This document shows positions 63,149 to 64,000 of a DNA stretch of 64,000 bases, one piece after another. The notes beneath the pieces were generated by a model. The model worked only from the letters and a program-made list of their open reading frames with translations, was not told the origin of the DNA and searched no databases. Position 1 is the stretch's first letter, and the number at the start of each line of letters is the position of its first letter. Both the position numbers and the translations under genes were made by a program. The DNA comes from an uncultured Verrucomicrobiae bacterium. GTDB lineage: Bacteria; Verrucomicrobiota; Verrucomicrobiia; Chthoniobacterales; UBA10450. The stretch is taken from contig CAVTMK010000004.1 in assembly GCA_963735805.1 (NCBI GenBank), positions 1 to 64,000 on the forward strand. The letters run 5' to 3'.

Positions 63149-64000
63149 ATGAGTCTCCACCTCTCCCCAACATTAGCCTCCTGCCTTACGCTCGCCGTTA
63201 TTATCTTCCTTTTCCGGCGCGACATTCGGCAGAAGCCCGATGTTACCGGCGCGCTCTGGCTGCCGTTGCTTTGGCTGGTGCTTGGTTGCTCAAGGTCCGT
63301 TTCCGCATGGCTCAATATCTTCGGCTTGCCTGTGAGCGGTGGCCCTTCAGTGGAAGAGGGAAGTCCGCTGGATGCTTGGTTTTATTTTGCACTGATTATA
63401 GCGGGCTTTTTTGTCCTCGCTAACAGACAAGTCCGTCTTTCAGAAGTCATTTCCAACAACGGTTGGCTCATTGTTTTCTTGCTTTACTGTTTCATTTCCA
63501 TCACCTGGTCTGATTTTCCGTTCGTAGCTTTCAAGCGGTGGCTCAAAATTCTTGGTCATCCGATCATGGCGCTGATCGTCCTTACGGAACCGGATCCCAA
63601 GGAAGCGCTAATCCGGTTGATGAAGCGATGCGCCTATGTCGTGGTCCCTGTCTCCATTCTGTTTGATCAAATATTATCCTGAATTGGGACGGGGTTTTAG
63701 CCCGTGGGGCGGGGGAGTGAGCACAGGCATCACCACAGATAAAAACATGCTGGGTGCAGATTGTCTGATCCTGGGTTACTTTTTCTTTTGGTATTTGCTG
63801 CAAACCTGGCAAAGCGAGCGGAGCAGGTGGAGACGAAACGAGCTTTGGCTGATCGCCGGATTCGCGATCGGTATCTGGTGGCTTTTCACACAGGCGCACA
63901 GTGCCACATCGTTCATATCTCTCGATCGTAGGGATACTCGTGGTTCTGTTTGTCGGCTTCGTCTTATAAACAAGAATTTTATTGGGACGTACATGCTGGC
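63149..64000 (+). CDS. O-antigen ligase/polymerase-like membrane protein, frameshifted (~63665) and truncated by the window end
   Basis: Multi-TM; WSDFPFVAFKRW, then IKYYPELGR, KNMLG, SATS in the continuing frame. Confidence 0.75.

Noticed and set aside
54307..64000. Clustered frameshifts as decay or phase variation of the polysaccharide locus
   Set aside because: The breaks are single-base indels, some in short homopolymers, with no long slippage tracts and no other decay. They match the error pattern in rpoA; read-level polishing is needed before any biological claim.

Overview
A 64-kb bacterial chromosomal window (roughly mid-50s % GC by eye). The gene content suggests Verrucomicrobiota, probably a soil Chthoniobacterales / Ca. 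Udaeobacter-like lineage (inference from the tandem-fused UvrA, kinase-TolB-TPR proteins and short tandem repeats). About 51 kb is housekeeping: tRNA-Leu (cut by the window edge), a partial nuoABCD-I cluster, rpoA-rplQ, lemA-TPM-TPM, scpB, glmM, a Ser/Thr kinase, an NtrC-type regulator and PAS kinase, pnp-rpsO, tRNA-Gln, sufCBD, lgt-exbBD-tonB, double uvrA, GTP-PEPCK and gmhA. The last 12 kb is the start of a polysaccharide biosynthesis locus. No transposase, integrase, prophage or CRISPR array was seen. The most unusual signal is at DNA level: several families of REP/REPIN-like palindromes and 7-8 bp tandem repeats. They lie between genes but also in frame inside proteins (at least 4 inserts in uvrA, plus scpB and the histidine kinase), and some supply stop codons. 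Other notable items are a duplicated ECF-sigma-like promoter in front of a stand-alone zinc-ribbon microprotein and the polysaccharide operon, a Zn-peptidase/ATP-grasp pair, a membrane pseudokinase, and structured leaders of rpoA and pnp. Several frameshifts (rpoA, a GNAT, four polysaccharide genes) are most likely sequencing indels.
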